Below, one piece after another: positions 1-9,412 of a stretch of 64,000 nucleotides of DNA; position 1 is the first letter of the stretch; the number at the start of each line of letters is the position of its first letter. This DNA is from Bacteroidia bacterium. GTDB taxonomy: Bacteria > Bacteroidota > Bacteroidia > 2-12-FULL-35-15. The notes under the pieces were generated by a model. It saw only the letters and a program-made list of their open reading frames with translations. It was not told the DNA's origin and searched no databases. Made by a program: the position numbers and the translations under genes. Location of the stretch: assembly GCA_039937835.1 (NCBI GenBank), contig JBDTFR010000012.1, positions 6,143 through 70,142 on the forward strand, given 5' to 3'.

Positions 1-208
1 AATATTTTTATTTGTCCGATTTTTAAAAATACTAGTTTTTTACAGATTTATAATTGACTTGAAAATTAATATATAAGGTAAAGGAGTTTAGTCTATTATT
101 ATACAGTTTGGTTTTTAGGAAGCGTTAGAAAATCACTTTAAATAATTATCTGTTTAATAATGATAACTTTCTATTTTAAATAGTTTCTAATTGTTAAATA
201 ACGAGGTG

Positions 209-739
209 TTATTTTAATTCTATTTGGTCAATCAATAGTTTAAATTGTTCCTTTTTTTTATTTCCTATCAGAAAGGTTATTTCTTCCATATGATCATCTG
301 AAAAATTTGGTTGGTTAAGTCTTCTTCCTCTAAACGACGGATACATTTCTTTTAGAACAACTTCAATTTCTTGCCATTCTCCTGTGGTTGAAAAGGGTGC
401 TATGTAGGAATAATAATCTCCAGAATTAGATTTCACCCTAAATTGATAATCTTTACCATCGCCTTGAAGGCGAAGAATAATCTTAGTTGATTCCTTGATT
501 AGTATTTTTTTAAATCTGTAATTCACAGAAGAGAAACCGCCGTTGTTATCTAATGATATATTACCTTCGAAAACACCAAAACCATCATCATTTAATTTAA
601 AACTACCAGATGATTCTCCTCCCATCACAACATCATCTGTAATTAACCATTGTTGAATGTCTGACTTTTTGTTGAAATCAAAAATTATTTGTGAGGGTAA
701 TGAAGGAAATATTGTCATTGTAAACATTAAGCATTTCAT
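209..739 (-). CDS. CIA30 family protein (complex I intermediate-associated protein 30-like, carbohydrate-binding-like fold)
   Basis: Motifs DDVVMGGES, SLDNNGGFSS, GDGKDYQFR and YPSFRGR are typical of CIA30. Confidence 0.9.
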   Translation of the reverse strand: MKCLMFTMTIFPSLPSQIIFDFNKKSDIQQWLITDDVVMGGESSGSFKLNDDGFGVFEGNISLDNNGGFSSVNYRFKKILIKESTKIILRLQGDGKDYQFRVKSNSGDYYSYIAPFSTTGEWQEIEVVLKEMYPSFRGRRLNQPNFSDDHMEEITFLIGNKKKEQFKLLIDQIELK

Positions 740-1052
740 AACAATTGGTTTTTTAATTATTTATAACATGCATTAGCTATGTGGAATTCAAGATAGCCGT
801 AGTATATATTTACTCCAAATATAGTCATTCTATCAATTAGCCTTTTTGTCTCCTTCTTTATCCATGTTTCATTTTGAAAAAATGTAAACCTTAACAAAAT
901 ATAAAGTAAAGAGTACGTCAAACTGAGATTGCCTTCTAAATACCATTGAGTAGGATCTTCAAATTCATCTTTCTTGCCTTTGCTAAAAATAGTTGTAAAT
1001 TCAAAGTCTAATAAAGCTTTATCACGATTTAAAAAAATTTAAATGTATTATT

Positions 1053-1781
1053 ATGAAAATAAAAAAATTGACATTCATTTTGAACTTAGGTATTCTTATA
1101 TCGCTCTCAGTTCAGTCTTGTGTAAATTCGCAATCCGATTCAACCAGTTCAAAAACGTTTACGATTTCCGATTTTTCAGGGTTGAATTTAGAGCTAATTG
1201 GAGAGGTTTATTACGAACAATCCGACAGTTTTTATCTGAATGCTTCTGGCAGCTCACTTTTAATTGAAGACTTAAAAATATCGGAGAACGACGGAAAACT
1301 GTCAATTGAATTAAAAAATAAGCGAAAGTATTCGGGAGACACAAAAAAACTCGTCATACGAGTGGGGTCTCCGCGACTTCAGGCAATAACCTTTAAAAGT
1401 ATTGGTACCTTACACATTAAGAATCATTTTGAAAGTGATAAGTTAAATATTACCTGCAATGGAGTTGGAAAAATTAAAGTTGATGATTGCCATGTAGGTA
1501 TTTTTAATTTAGCATCTATGTCTGTAGGCTTAATTGAAATAAAAGGAACATCTAATGAGACATCCATTAATTCAGAAGGTGTGGGGGAAATAGATTGTTC
1601 GGAATTTAAATCTAAAAATGTAAAAGTGGTATGCAGAGGAATTGGTAGTACATCGGTTTATGCAGAAGATAACTTAGATATTTCAGCTTCAGGTATAGGA
1701 AATATAAACTATTACGGAAACCCTGTTTCTGTAAAAACAGATATCTCAGGAATGGGGAAAGCTACGAAAATGGATCACTAA
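1053..1781 (+). CDS. Head GIN domain (DUF2807) lipoprotein, putative adhesin
   Basis: Lipobox-like VQSC; repeated S-G-x-G-x-I beta-solenoid units ending SGIGNINYYGNP. Confidence 0.85.
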   Translation: MKIKKLTFILNLGILISLSVQSCVNSQSDSTSSKTFTISDFSGLNLELIGEVYYEQSDSFYLNASGSSLLIEDLKISENDGKLSIELKNKRKYSGDTKKLVIRVGSPRLQAITFKSIGTLHIKNHFESDKLNITCNGVGKIKVDDCHVGIFNLASMSVGLIEIKGTSNETSINSEGVGEIDCSEFKSKNVKVVCRGIGSTSVYAEDNLDISASGIGNINYYGNPVSVKTDISGMGKATKMDH

Positions 1782-1847
1782 AAATATATTAGCGATAAAC
1801 TTCAAACGATAGGTTAACTCTCAAATCCTGTATTAATAAAAGCCTTG

Positions 1848-3311
1848 TTAGGGCGCTTTTCTCTTTAGACATCTTCCTCTAGGCTCATTACCCTCATGCA
1901 GCACAGTTTCGGAATGTAGGAACTGTGCAGCAGCAGCCGAATCATTCACTTTAGAAGCACTGCGTTCTAACATTTCTGATTCAAAATCAGTCAACACACT
2001 ATTTCTCAGTCCACGCTCTCTCCAATGAGATAAGGGTCTACAACCTTTTGAAATTCCTCGAGCAAGCGCCATCGAATCGAGTAACGCTTGATTTGCACCT
2101 TGTCCTTTGAATGGGCTCATCGGGTGAGCCGCATCTCCGATTAGCGTCACTAGCCCCGCTTTCTCCATCAATTCTGACTTAAATAATTCACGGTCATACA
2201 CGGGATAGCCAGAAATCTGAGCCGCTAACGTAGCCGCTAAAATCTGAGGAATGGGATCATGCCAATGAGTTCTGCGACACGCTTCTTCCTTGAGAACTTG
2301 AGGCCCTTTAGCTTTCAAGGCTTTCGCATCTATTTCTGGCATTGGGAAGCTAAGTTGCCACATCACCGAGTCTGATGAATAAGGCATTATGTAGATCCTT
2401 TCATTACCGTTGGCGGTTTGAAATACCGTAGCCGAGTCCAGCAAAGAACGATCAAGAACTTCGACAGCATCCAACGGGCAAATACCCAATATCACCATAC
2501 AACCAAGGTAATGCAAAGGAGTAATGTCCTCACCAATCAACAATCTTCGCACTGTGCTGCGAATACCATCGGATCCAACCACGAGATCTGCCTTAGCACT
2601 CTTCAACTCTCCGTTCACTTGAAAGCTCAGATCAACCCCTTCCCCATCACATTCCTTAAAATGTACTAATTGGTGCCCCCACTGCACCGCCTCATGCCCA
2701 CCAAGTTGTTCAAGCAACGCTAAGCGCAACGACTGCCGAGCGATATGCACATTAGTTCGCGTCGGAGCTGATTTCACACCTGACTGCATCCACTTTCTCA
2801 TGCCCCACTCACCAATCACTTTTCCCTCTGTAGTATGAACCACATGTCTTGTTGAAACTATGCTTTCTTTTAATGAGAAAATACCCAATCCCTCAATCGC
2901 TTTACTAGCTTGTTGCAACGTGAGTCCATATCCCTGAGCGCGAGTATCGAAACTGCTATCACGTTCATAAAGAGTAAAAGGAATCTTTCGGTGCAAACAA
3001 GCCACAGCCAGCGCCACTCCTCCTATACCACCACCAATAATAGCAACGTGTGGGTAGTTCTCTTTATCAGCTAAAGGAGGACAAGGACAAGGACAAGGAA
3101 GCAGTCCACAGCCAAAACAGTTCAAACATGAATATAAGTGACCCTTAGGGCGAACAGGTGCAGTCTCTTCATTCTTCGTTTTTTCATATTGATCGACTGC
3201 CATCTGGTAGTGGCGTCGTACTTTCTTGGAGAGCCTCTGGCTTCTTTTACCCCTCCCCTGACATTCTGGGCAAATCGTCCAGCTAGTCTTTTCATTTTCC
3301 ACCTTTTTCAA
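1848..3311 (-). CDS. FAD-dependent monooxygenase with an N-terminal CxxCxGxG zinc-finger-like segment
   Basis: GGGIGG dinucleotide motif, DG motif (GSDGIRS), GDAAH-x-MSP-x-x-GQGAN; N-terminal CPECQGRG and CLNCFGCG. Confidence 0.88.
   Translation of the reverse strand: MKKVENEKTSWTICPECQGRGKRSQRLSKKVRRHYQMAVDQYEKTKNEETAPVRPKGHLYSCLNCFGCGLLPCPCPCPPLADKENYPHVAIIGGGIGGVALAVACLHRKIPFTLYERDSSFDTRAQGYGLTLQQASKAIEGLGIFSLKESIVSTRHVVHTTEGKVIGEWGMRKWMQSGVKSAPTRTNVHIARQSLRLALLEQLGGHEAVQWGHQLVHFKECDGEGVDLSFQVNGELKSAKADLVVGSDGIRSTVRRLLIGEDITPLHYLGCMVILGICPLDAVEVLDRSLLDSATVFQTANGNERIYIMPYSSDSVMWQLSFPMPEIDAKALKAKGPQVLKEEACRRTHWHDPIPQILAATLAAQISGYPVYDRELFKSELMEKAGLVTLIGDAAHPMSPFKGQGANQALLDSMALARGISKGCRPLSHWRERGLRNSVLTDFESEMLERSASKVNDSAAAAQFLHSETVLHEGNEPRGRCLKRKAP
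3078..3099. repeat. In-frame hexanucleotide microsatellite (AGGACA)3+AGGA encoding PCPCPCP
   Basis: aggacaaggacaaggacaagga read directly from the sequence. Confidence 0.8.
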
Positions 3312-3767
3312 TCTATTTTATTTAAACTCATCTTAACTCGTCTCTATAAAAAAAAGTAACTAATAAAATTAATACTGCGGTTAATAGTAAAGAGTATTTA
3401 TTTAAAAACCAGTTTGCACGGTTTTAAAATAAACTGCTATATTTTTACAATATACACAAAGAGCATTCTTACCCTCGAAAATATTTTCGCCATTAACATT
3501 TTAATCATTCATTTTTAAAATATTTGAATTAACGCCTATTCATCTCATATAGGAGCTGATTTAGATATGCATTTAAAAAAAATATTGTAAAACCAAATTT
3601 ACTAATTTTACCAGAATTTATTTTCTTTAATATTTGTTAATGGCTCCATCCTCCTCACTATTATTACCTTTGCTCGTCACTCTTATAAGCCTAATTATGT
3701 TACCATGTTATTAATGCTAGACATTCAATTCATAAAAATTGAGGTGACTACAAAACATATAAAACTA

Positions 3768-3802
3768 ACAATCACCGACCAAAGAGTTTGGACGGTGATT
3801 GT
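3768..3802 (-). terminator. Intrinsic terminator downstream of the OMP gene
   Basis: acaatcaccgaccaaa / tttggacggtgattgt inverted repeat with one mismatch; T-rich tail on the minus strand. Confidence 0.65.
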
Positions 3803-3860
3803 AAAAAATTTTAATTAAAATTCAACAACACTTCTTACTGGAGAAGCCGTTAAGTAATTA

Positions 3861-4505
3861 CTAAAAGGCGTATCCAATTGTTGCTTGAATCCATCTGTTT
3901 TTGTAACGTGGCGTTGAAGTTGTACCATCTCCATTATTTTGAGAAATATCCCAGCCTAATCTTCCGCTTATGATAAAGTGTTTTAAATTGATGTCAAGTC
4001 CACCAACTACACCGAACATATTTTTACGAATATTTTCATTCTTAAATTCCTGCTCTTGTTGTGTATTTATTATTGAACTTGTAAATTTATCATTTTGTTT
4101 AATAAGATAAGAATATTGTGGGCCAGCTAAAATAGTGATAAACTCACTAGGCTTAAGTGCTATTTGAAGTGGAATATCAAGATAAGAAGTGGTTCTTGTA
4201 ACCTTGTAAGGGCTACCAAGTAGCGTACCATTTGCTTGAAATCCCTTTTGTGAGAAAAGCACTTCTGGTTGAACTCCTAAATACTTTCCGATTGGAATTG
4301 CAAGAAACGCGCCCCCAACAAAACCAAATTTTCCATCCGCCTTAAATTTTTCGCCGTTAGAATCATATACGTTGGAGTTATTGACACCTACCTTTACACC
4401 AAATCGAAGACTTTCTCTGAAATCTGTTTCAGTTGTACTTTCCTGTGCCATACTGATACTTGTAACTGAAACAAGCAATGCAGCAAAAAATATTGATTTT
4501 TTCAT
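3861..4505 (-). CDS. Porin-family outer membrane beta-barrel protein (OMP_b-brl_2/PorT-like)
   Basis: Signal peptide; FGVKVGVN, VQPEVLFSQKG, YLDIPL, AGPQYSYL; C-terminal GYAF. Confidence 0.85.
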   Translation of the reverse strand: MKKSIFFAALLVSVTSISMAQESTTETDFRESLRFGVKVGVNNSNVYDSNGEKFKADGKFGFVGGAFLAIPIGKYLGVQPEVLFSQKGFQANGTLLGSPYKVTRTTSYLDIPLQIALKPSEFITILAGPQYSYLIKQNDKFTSSIINTQQEQEFKNENIRKNMFGVVGGLDINLKHFIISGRLGWDISQNNGDGTTSTPRYKNRWIQATIGYAF

Positions 4506-4749
4506 AATTTTAATTTTTATCGTTTTAATTATTTTTTATATTATTTATTATTAACTCCTGTAATTATTTTATGAATTGATTTATTCTATATTTAAACTCT
4601 TATTGAAATGCTTTCCAATTTCCGTTCCCATTTTTTTTTCTTCGTTTATTTTATCATACTGATACCACTATTATAAGCCATAGAAAAAAAAAATCAATTC
4701 TATAATTTATATTTTTTTACTGTCTTAATTTTTAGCTTAAAAGAGGCTT

Positions 4750-4939
4750 TTAAATTTCAGCAATAAGTTTTTTTATCTCTTCTTGTGTTTTGCCGATTTT
4801 TAACCTAAAGTCTACCTAACATTTCATCTCTCTTCCCTTATAACAATAGCACATTGCTGTCATTGAGCAAAGCAAATTTTTGTTTAAGTTTGTCTTTTAC
4901 TTCATTCCAATTTTTGTCTTTTTACGTTAAATTTCTCAT
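4750..4939 (-). pseudogene. csbD: CsbD-family general stress protein pseudogene
   Basis: Manual translation gives MRNLT*KDKNWNEVKDKLKQKFALLNDSNVLLL*GKRDEMLGRL*VK / IGKTQEEIKKLIAEI: three nonsense codons and one frameshift. Confidence 0.85.
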
Positions 4940-4974
4940 GTTTACCATTTTAATTTTGTTTAAATTTTATACTA

Positions 4975-5039
4975 CAAAGATGAGTTAAGAAATAGCTTTT
5001 GTAGTTACAATATTTCTTTAATTAGTTACATTATACACA
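4975..5039 (-). promoter_or_regulatory. Conserved promoter/operator copy 1 (upstream of csbD-OMP)
   Basis: + strand CAAA 4975, GTTACA 5004 and 5025, ACACA 5035. Confidence 0.75.
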
Positions 5040-5062
5040 CATTTATAATTTAGTTTTGAACT

Positions 5063-5103
5063 AAAAAATCCTCTATTCTAAAAATAAAATAGAGGATTTT
5101 TTT
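5063..5103 (-). terminator. Intrinsic terminator after the two-domain ice-binding protein gene
   Basis: aaaaaatcctctatt / aatagaggatttttt inverted repeat. Confidence 0.8.
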
Positions 5104-5115
5104 ACCGATAAAGGC

Positions 5116-6735
5116 TTAATGCTGAGATATCATTTTCCCAGATTGTATCGTTTTTCCATTTCCAATCACTTTATAGAAATAAACGCCAGAAGGTAGATTA
5201 CTAGTTTCTATGGTAGTTGTTTGTTTAGTTATAACTGTGTTCATTACTATTTTTCCAAAAGTGTCGAACATATTTAATTCACAATTATGAATTTGAGATA
5301 AGTTATTTATTACGAGGGTAGTAGATGTATTGAAAGGGTTCGGATAAATTGCAATAGTTGCATTACCATCATCAAAAGATTCGATATCTGTGGCTAAACA
5401 ACCTGGAGTCATTGTAGCATTTATTGCAACTGTTCCTACTGCACCATTGGTGGCAAGTGCTCTGCCATTAAGGGTAACTCCAGTATTCAAATTTATAGCG
5501 CCATTGTTACAAATAATTGACCCGTTAAAAATAGAATAATCACTTAAACTTACTGCGCCTTCAATTTTCCAAAATACATTTTTAGCTTCTGCTCCATTAG
5601 TTAATATAACTTTTGCGTGTGTGCTAGTTGTAAGTGCGCCATTTATTTGTATAACAAATACTGCATTCGTATTACCAGCAGCATCCAAATAAAGTGTATC
5701 TGTAAATGTTGCAGCAGCCTTCATTATATATGTATGGGGTGTAAGAACAAGGTTTTTACCAAACTGTGCTGGATATAACAACTCAATATCATACGGTAAA
5801 GTATTAACGTACTTATAAACGTTCAGTAAATCTGCTGCACAGGCTGCTGTAGAGCCATCTGCGATTGGATGAATTTTACCAGTAACATTTAAAGGATTAT
5901 AACCAGTTGTTAAACCTACATTAGTTCCCACATCTCCTTTAATTGTTGAAATACCAGTGTTTGTAACTGGTCCATTACTAGAAAATACTGTATAACAAAC
6001 GGTAGAAACAAGATCAGGGGCTTTTGGTCCGCTAAGAACTATACTTCCGCAACCTACAGGAGTATATGCCAAAACACCAGCAACAGTAATTGCGCCAGTC
6101 GTAGACAATACTCTTCCTTCAAGCTTACTACCTGTACCCACTGTAATTGCAGCATTATTCGCTATAACAGTGCCTTTCATAGAAGTTCCTGAAGCCATGC
6201 TTACCAAACCTTCTACTTTCCAAAACACATTACATGCTAAGGCACCGTTAATTAATTTAATTTGTGAATTAACATTTGTAGATAAAGGTCCTTGAATTTG
6301 AAAGATAAATACTGAATTAGGATTACCTTTTGCATCTAAGTTGAGGTCTAAATTTAACGTTGCTGCACCCGTAATTGAATATACACCTGCAACAAACGTA
6401 GCTCCATTACCTAAAAGCGGTGCTGGAAAAATTGTAGCAATAGCTTTGTTTATTTGATTGTAAGCGATCAGCAAATCTGCTGAACATTTTGCACTTACGG
6501 TATCGTTGTCATGCATAACACCGTTCACATTACCAAAGGCAGTACTAGCACCTTTGTTAGAACCAACGTTCCCAGTGATATGCGAAATACCCGTATTACT
6601 AACTGCACCATTTGCAGAAAAGAGTGCAAAATTAGCTGTTGTTCCTAAGGTAGGCGTCTGGGCATTTGCAACATTGTAACATGCACCTATACCAGTAAAT
6701 GTTACAATTAAAATTGATTGTAGTAAATTTTTCAT
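5116..6735 (-). CDS. Ice-binding protein with two DUF3494 domains and a T9SS type-A C-terminal sorting domain
   Basis: Two copies of the DUF3494 pattern (LDAxGNxNxVFIFQIxG...NVFWKVEG...GRxLxTxGA); CTD IYPNPF...LPSGVYFYKV...KMI; signal peptide. Confidence 0.92.
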   Translation of the reverse strand: MKNLLQSILIVTFTGIGACYNVANAQTPTLGTTANFALFSANGAVSNTGISHITGNVGSNKGASTAFGNVNGVMHDNDTVSAKCSADLLIAYNQINKAIATIFPAPLLGNGATFVAGVYSITGAATLNLDLNLDAKGNPNSVFIFQIQGPLSTNVNSQIKLINGALACNVFWKVEGLVSMASGTSMKGTVIANNAAITVGTGSKLEGRVLSTTGAITVAGVLAYTPVGCGSIVLSGPKAPDLVSTVCYTVFSSNGPVTNTGISTIKGDVGTNVGLTTGYNPLNVTGKIHPIADGSTAACAADLLNVYKYVNTLPYDIELLYPAQFGKNLVLTPHTYIMKAAATFTDTLYLDAAGNTNAVFVIQINGALTTSTHAKVILTNGAEAKNVFWKIEGAVSLSDYSIFNGSIICNNGAINLNTGVTLNGRALATNGAVGTVAINATMTPGCLATDIESFDDGNATIAIYPNPFNTSTTLVINNLSQIHNCELNMFDTFGKIVMNTVITKQTTTIETSNLPSGVYFYKVIGNGKTIQSGKMISQH

Positions 6736-6774
6736 ATTATTTTAAGTTCAAATTGTAATTTAATTATTACGTTG

Positions 6775-6839
6775 CAAAATTCACTATATTGATCAAGACT
6801 GGTGTTACATATTTTTTTAAAAAAGTTACATTATTCACA
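6775..6839 (-). promoter_or_regulatory. Conserved promoter/operator copy 2 (upstream of the two-domain IBP)
   Basis: + strand CAAA 6775, GTTACA 6804 and 6825, TCACA 6835. Confidence 0.8.
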
Positions 6840-6876
6840 GCATTTTATTGATAAATTATTTTTTTTCATTGTATAA

Positions 6877-6917
6877 AATAAAAAGAGCGATGCCTACTTT
6901 GCATCGCTCTTTTTATT
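6877..6917 (-). terminator. Intrinsic terminator after the lipoprotein IBP gene
   Basis: Perfect 17-bp inverted repeat aataaaaagagcgatgc / gcatcgctctttttatt. Confidence 0.85.
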
Positions 6918-6931
6918 ATTCTAAATAATTT

Positions 6932-7684
6932 TTATTGTTTTACGATGTTATTACTTGCCAAAGTAACTGCACCCGTTCTTGCCAATGCCTTACCATCAAG
7001 TGTAGCGCCAGTATTGAAAGAGATTGATTGCATTACCATTACTGTTCCTTTAAAAACAGAAGTAGTTCCAAAAGTTGCAGAGCTTCCTACTTGCCAAAAA
7101 ATATTTGATGCTAATGCTCCACCAGCCAAGATAACTTTTCGTCCAGCAGTGCTTGTAAGCGTAGATGCTATCTGTACAATAAAGATTGCATTTGCTTTTC
7201 CTTTTGCATCAAAAGTAACATCTCCTGAGGATAGTTCTAATGATGAAGTAGATTTATAAAGCCCTGGAGTAAGTGTAAGTCCTCCTATGTTTCCTGACAA
7301 GGTAACAATATCAGTCGCAGTTCTACCAGCAGCATCATTATAAGCTGCGGTTAAAGCAAGTTTTGCTAGCGCGGCTGTTGTATCATTGATGTGTTGTTTA
7401 CCCACCAATATTCCCGGAGGAAACCCACCAACTGAAGTTCCAGGCGATAATCCTAAATCACCAGTAATGTTGGTTGCGCCCGTATTAGTAATACCAGAAC
7501 CTGCGAGAACAGCAAAGTCGGCAGCACCTGTAAGTGCCACTGTTGCTTGTACAGTTGTTTGAAGTGGTATTACGATTATAACATCAGAAGGTGGATTTGG
7601 ATCTTCCTTATCTTTTTTTTTGCATGCGCCTAATATAGTAACTGATGCAATTGCAATTACTGTTAATAATTTTACTTTTTTCAT
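6932..7684 (-). CDS. Ice-binding lipoprotein with a single DUF3494 domain
   Basis: Lipobox LGAC followed by KKKDKED; DUF3494 motifs FAVLAGSGITNTG, LTPGLYKS, NIFWQVGS, GKALARTGAVTL. Confidence 0.92.
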   Translation of the reverse strand: MKKVKLLTVIAIASVTILGACKKKDKEDPNPPSDVIIVIPLQTTVQATVALTGAADFAVLAGSGITNTGATNITGDLGLSPGTSVGGFPPGILVGKQHINDTTAALAKLALTAAYNDAAGRTATDIVTLSGNIGGLTLTPGLYKSTSSLELSSGDVTFDAKGKANAIFIVQIASTLTSTAGRKVILAGGALASNIFWQVGSSATFGTTSVFKGTVMVMQSISFNTGATLDGKALARTGAVTLASNNIVKQ

Positions 7685-7723
7685 CTTTTTATATTATGTT
7701 ATAAATGAATTTTTATAACAGCA

Positions 7724-7787
7724 CAAAGAAACAACTCTTAAAAAGAATGATGTTACATAAATTAAGGTAGAAGTTACATACTTCACA
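7724..7787 (-). promoter_or_regulatory. Conserved promoter/operator copy 3 (upstream of the lipoprotein IBP)
   Basis: + strand CAAA 7724, GTTACA 7752 and 7773, TCACA 7783. Confidence 0.8.
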
Positions 7788-7815
7788 CTTTTAAGAAAAG
7801 TGAAAGAGATTGAAA

Positions 7816-8797
7816 TTACGTTCTATCCATTTACTGATTCAATGCTTTTTACAATTTTTGATTTTGAAAAATGGTGGTGATGTTTTTTTGTAAACGTAGA
7901 AAATCGGTTTCACTTTTTTACCACATAAACAAATGCTTTATGGTGCATACAATTAACCGCTATGTCAATTTTATCTTGAGAGGACTGCATCAGATTCAGC
8001 ACCCGAACGCTCACCGTAATTTTCCCTTTGTTGTTGTAAATTTTACAGCGTTACTAAACAAATTTATGAAGTATAGCAGCTATGGATACTGCCATCTTAA
8101 AGGGTGTTTGCTCAAAAGTCATTTTCTCTGCATCTATTTTTGCCAAATCAAGAATATCGTTAATAAGCAAAATCAATGCGTCGCCACTCATTTTTATGGC
8201 CTGTAAATATTCCTTTTGTTTAACGGAGAGTTCTGTTTTCAACACTACTTTTGTAAATCCGATAATCGCATTCATGGGTGTACGAATTTCATGGCTCGTG
8301 TTCGATAAAAACTGCTACTTTGCTTTTACAACATCTTCTGCAATTCTGGTAGCATTTTTCGCTTCAACTGCAATTTCTGTTGCAAGCTCTGCAAATACTT
8401 TGGCTTCCGTCCAACTCTCTTTCTATTCTTTTTTGATCTGTAACGTCTCTAGCAACAATCACTACTCCTAAACATTCCCTAGATTGTCTTTATAAACGGA
8501 TCCATTGAATAATACATCGGTAAGTTTTCCATCTTTATGCAGCCGACATAGGGGGGAATCCGCAACAGTTCCTTTTGCAGAAACTTCTTGATAAACATCA
8601 TGCGCATTTTGCGGTTCAGTAAAATAATAAAAGAAATCAGTACCTGTAAGTTTTTCCTTTATTATTCCTGTAATGTTGCACTATGCCGCACTCATGTCAG
8701 TGATCTTACCTCAGGTATTAATGGTAACCGAAGGATCTAATCTAGCCTCAATTAAACTTCTTGCGTATTGAGATTCTTGTTTTGTTGTTGTTTCCAT
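7816..8797 (-). pseudogene. Decayed PAS sensor histidine kinase fused by deletion to the C-terminal half of a response-regulator receiver
   Basis: Manual translation: METTTKQESQYARSLIEARLDP...HKDGKLTDVLFNGSVYKD...VVIVARDVTDQK (PAS); K*QFLSNTSHEIRTPMNAIIG (HisKA); NAVKFT/KGKITVSV; then MQSSQDKIDIAVNCMHHKAFVYVVKSE (receiver end). Several stops, frameshifts and two deletions. Confidence 0.85.
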
Positions 8798-8798
8798 T

Positions 8799-9383
8799 TT
8801 ATCTTTTCATTTCGCATGAATTCCAAATTTCTTCAATGCGTGTGAGCTTTGTGTCTTTCAAGCGTTGAAAATGAGAAGGTGAAAGACCTGTAACTTTTTT
8901 AAACTGATTAGGTAAATGCGCTACATCGCTGTAATTTAATTTGTAAGAAATCTGTGTAAGATTAACTTCTTTATACAAGAGTAATTCTTTTACCCTTTCA
9001 ATTTTATGAACACTCATAAATTGTTGTATAGCAATACCTTTCAATTCTGAAAATATATTGGAAAAATACTTATAATCATGATCTAATTTTTCACTTACGT
9101 GATCATAAAAATTTATTTTAATTGGCTCTTCTGAATGATGAACCAATTCAATAATTGTAGTAATTATTTTCTAGATTAACATCGCTCGTTTGATATCCAT
9201 TAACTCAAGTCCAGAGTTGATCAATACAGTTTTTAAATGCTCCCGTTGTTCAATAGAAATAGTTTCCATTATTTCTACTTCGCCCAAATCGACTGCAATA
9301 AAATGCAACCCTAGCTTTGTTAACGCTTCTTTTACCGCCATTTTACAACGGCCACTCACCATATATTTTATATATAATTTCAA
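8799..9383 (-). pseudogene. AraC-family transcriptional regulator (HMA-like N-terminus) interrupted by one in-frame TAG
   Basis: ORFs 9171-9383 and 8799-9146 share a frame (585 nt total): MKLYIKYMVSGRCK...RAMLI*KIITTIIELVHHSE...LNYSDVAHLPNQFKKVTGLSPSHF; TAG at 9173-9171. Confidence 0.85.
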
Positions 9384-9412
9384 ATGGATTCTCTTATTAA
9401 AACGGATTGATA

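Noticed and set aside
3665-3802. Possible sRNA from a plus-strand TACCTTTG promoter element to the hairpin at 3768-3802
   Set aside because: The hairpin lacks a plus-strand U-tract and is explained as the OMP terminator; an 8-mer match alone is weak evidence in AT-rich DNA.
4750-9383. Stop-codon reassignment or amber readthrough, suggested by many in-frame TAGs in araC, the PAS kinase and csbD
   Set aside because: The TAGs fall where different residues are expected (E, L, Q), TAA/TGA stops and frameshifts occur in the same genes, and intact genes such as 3861-4505 and lolA end in TAG. This is ordinary pseudogenisation.
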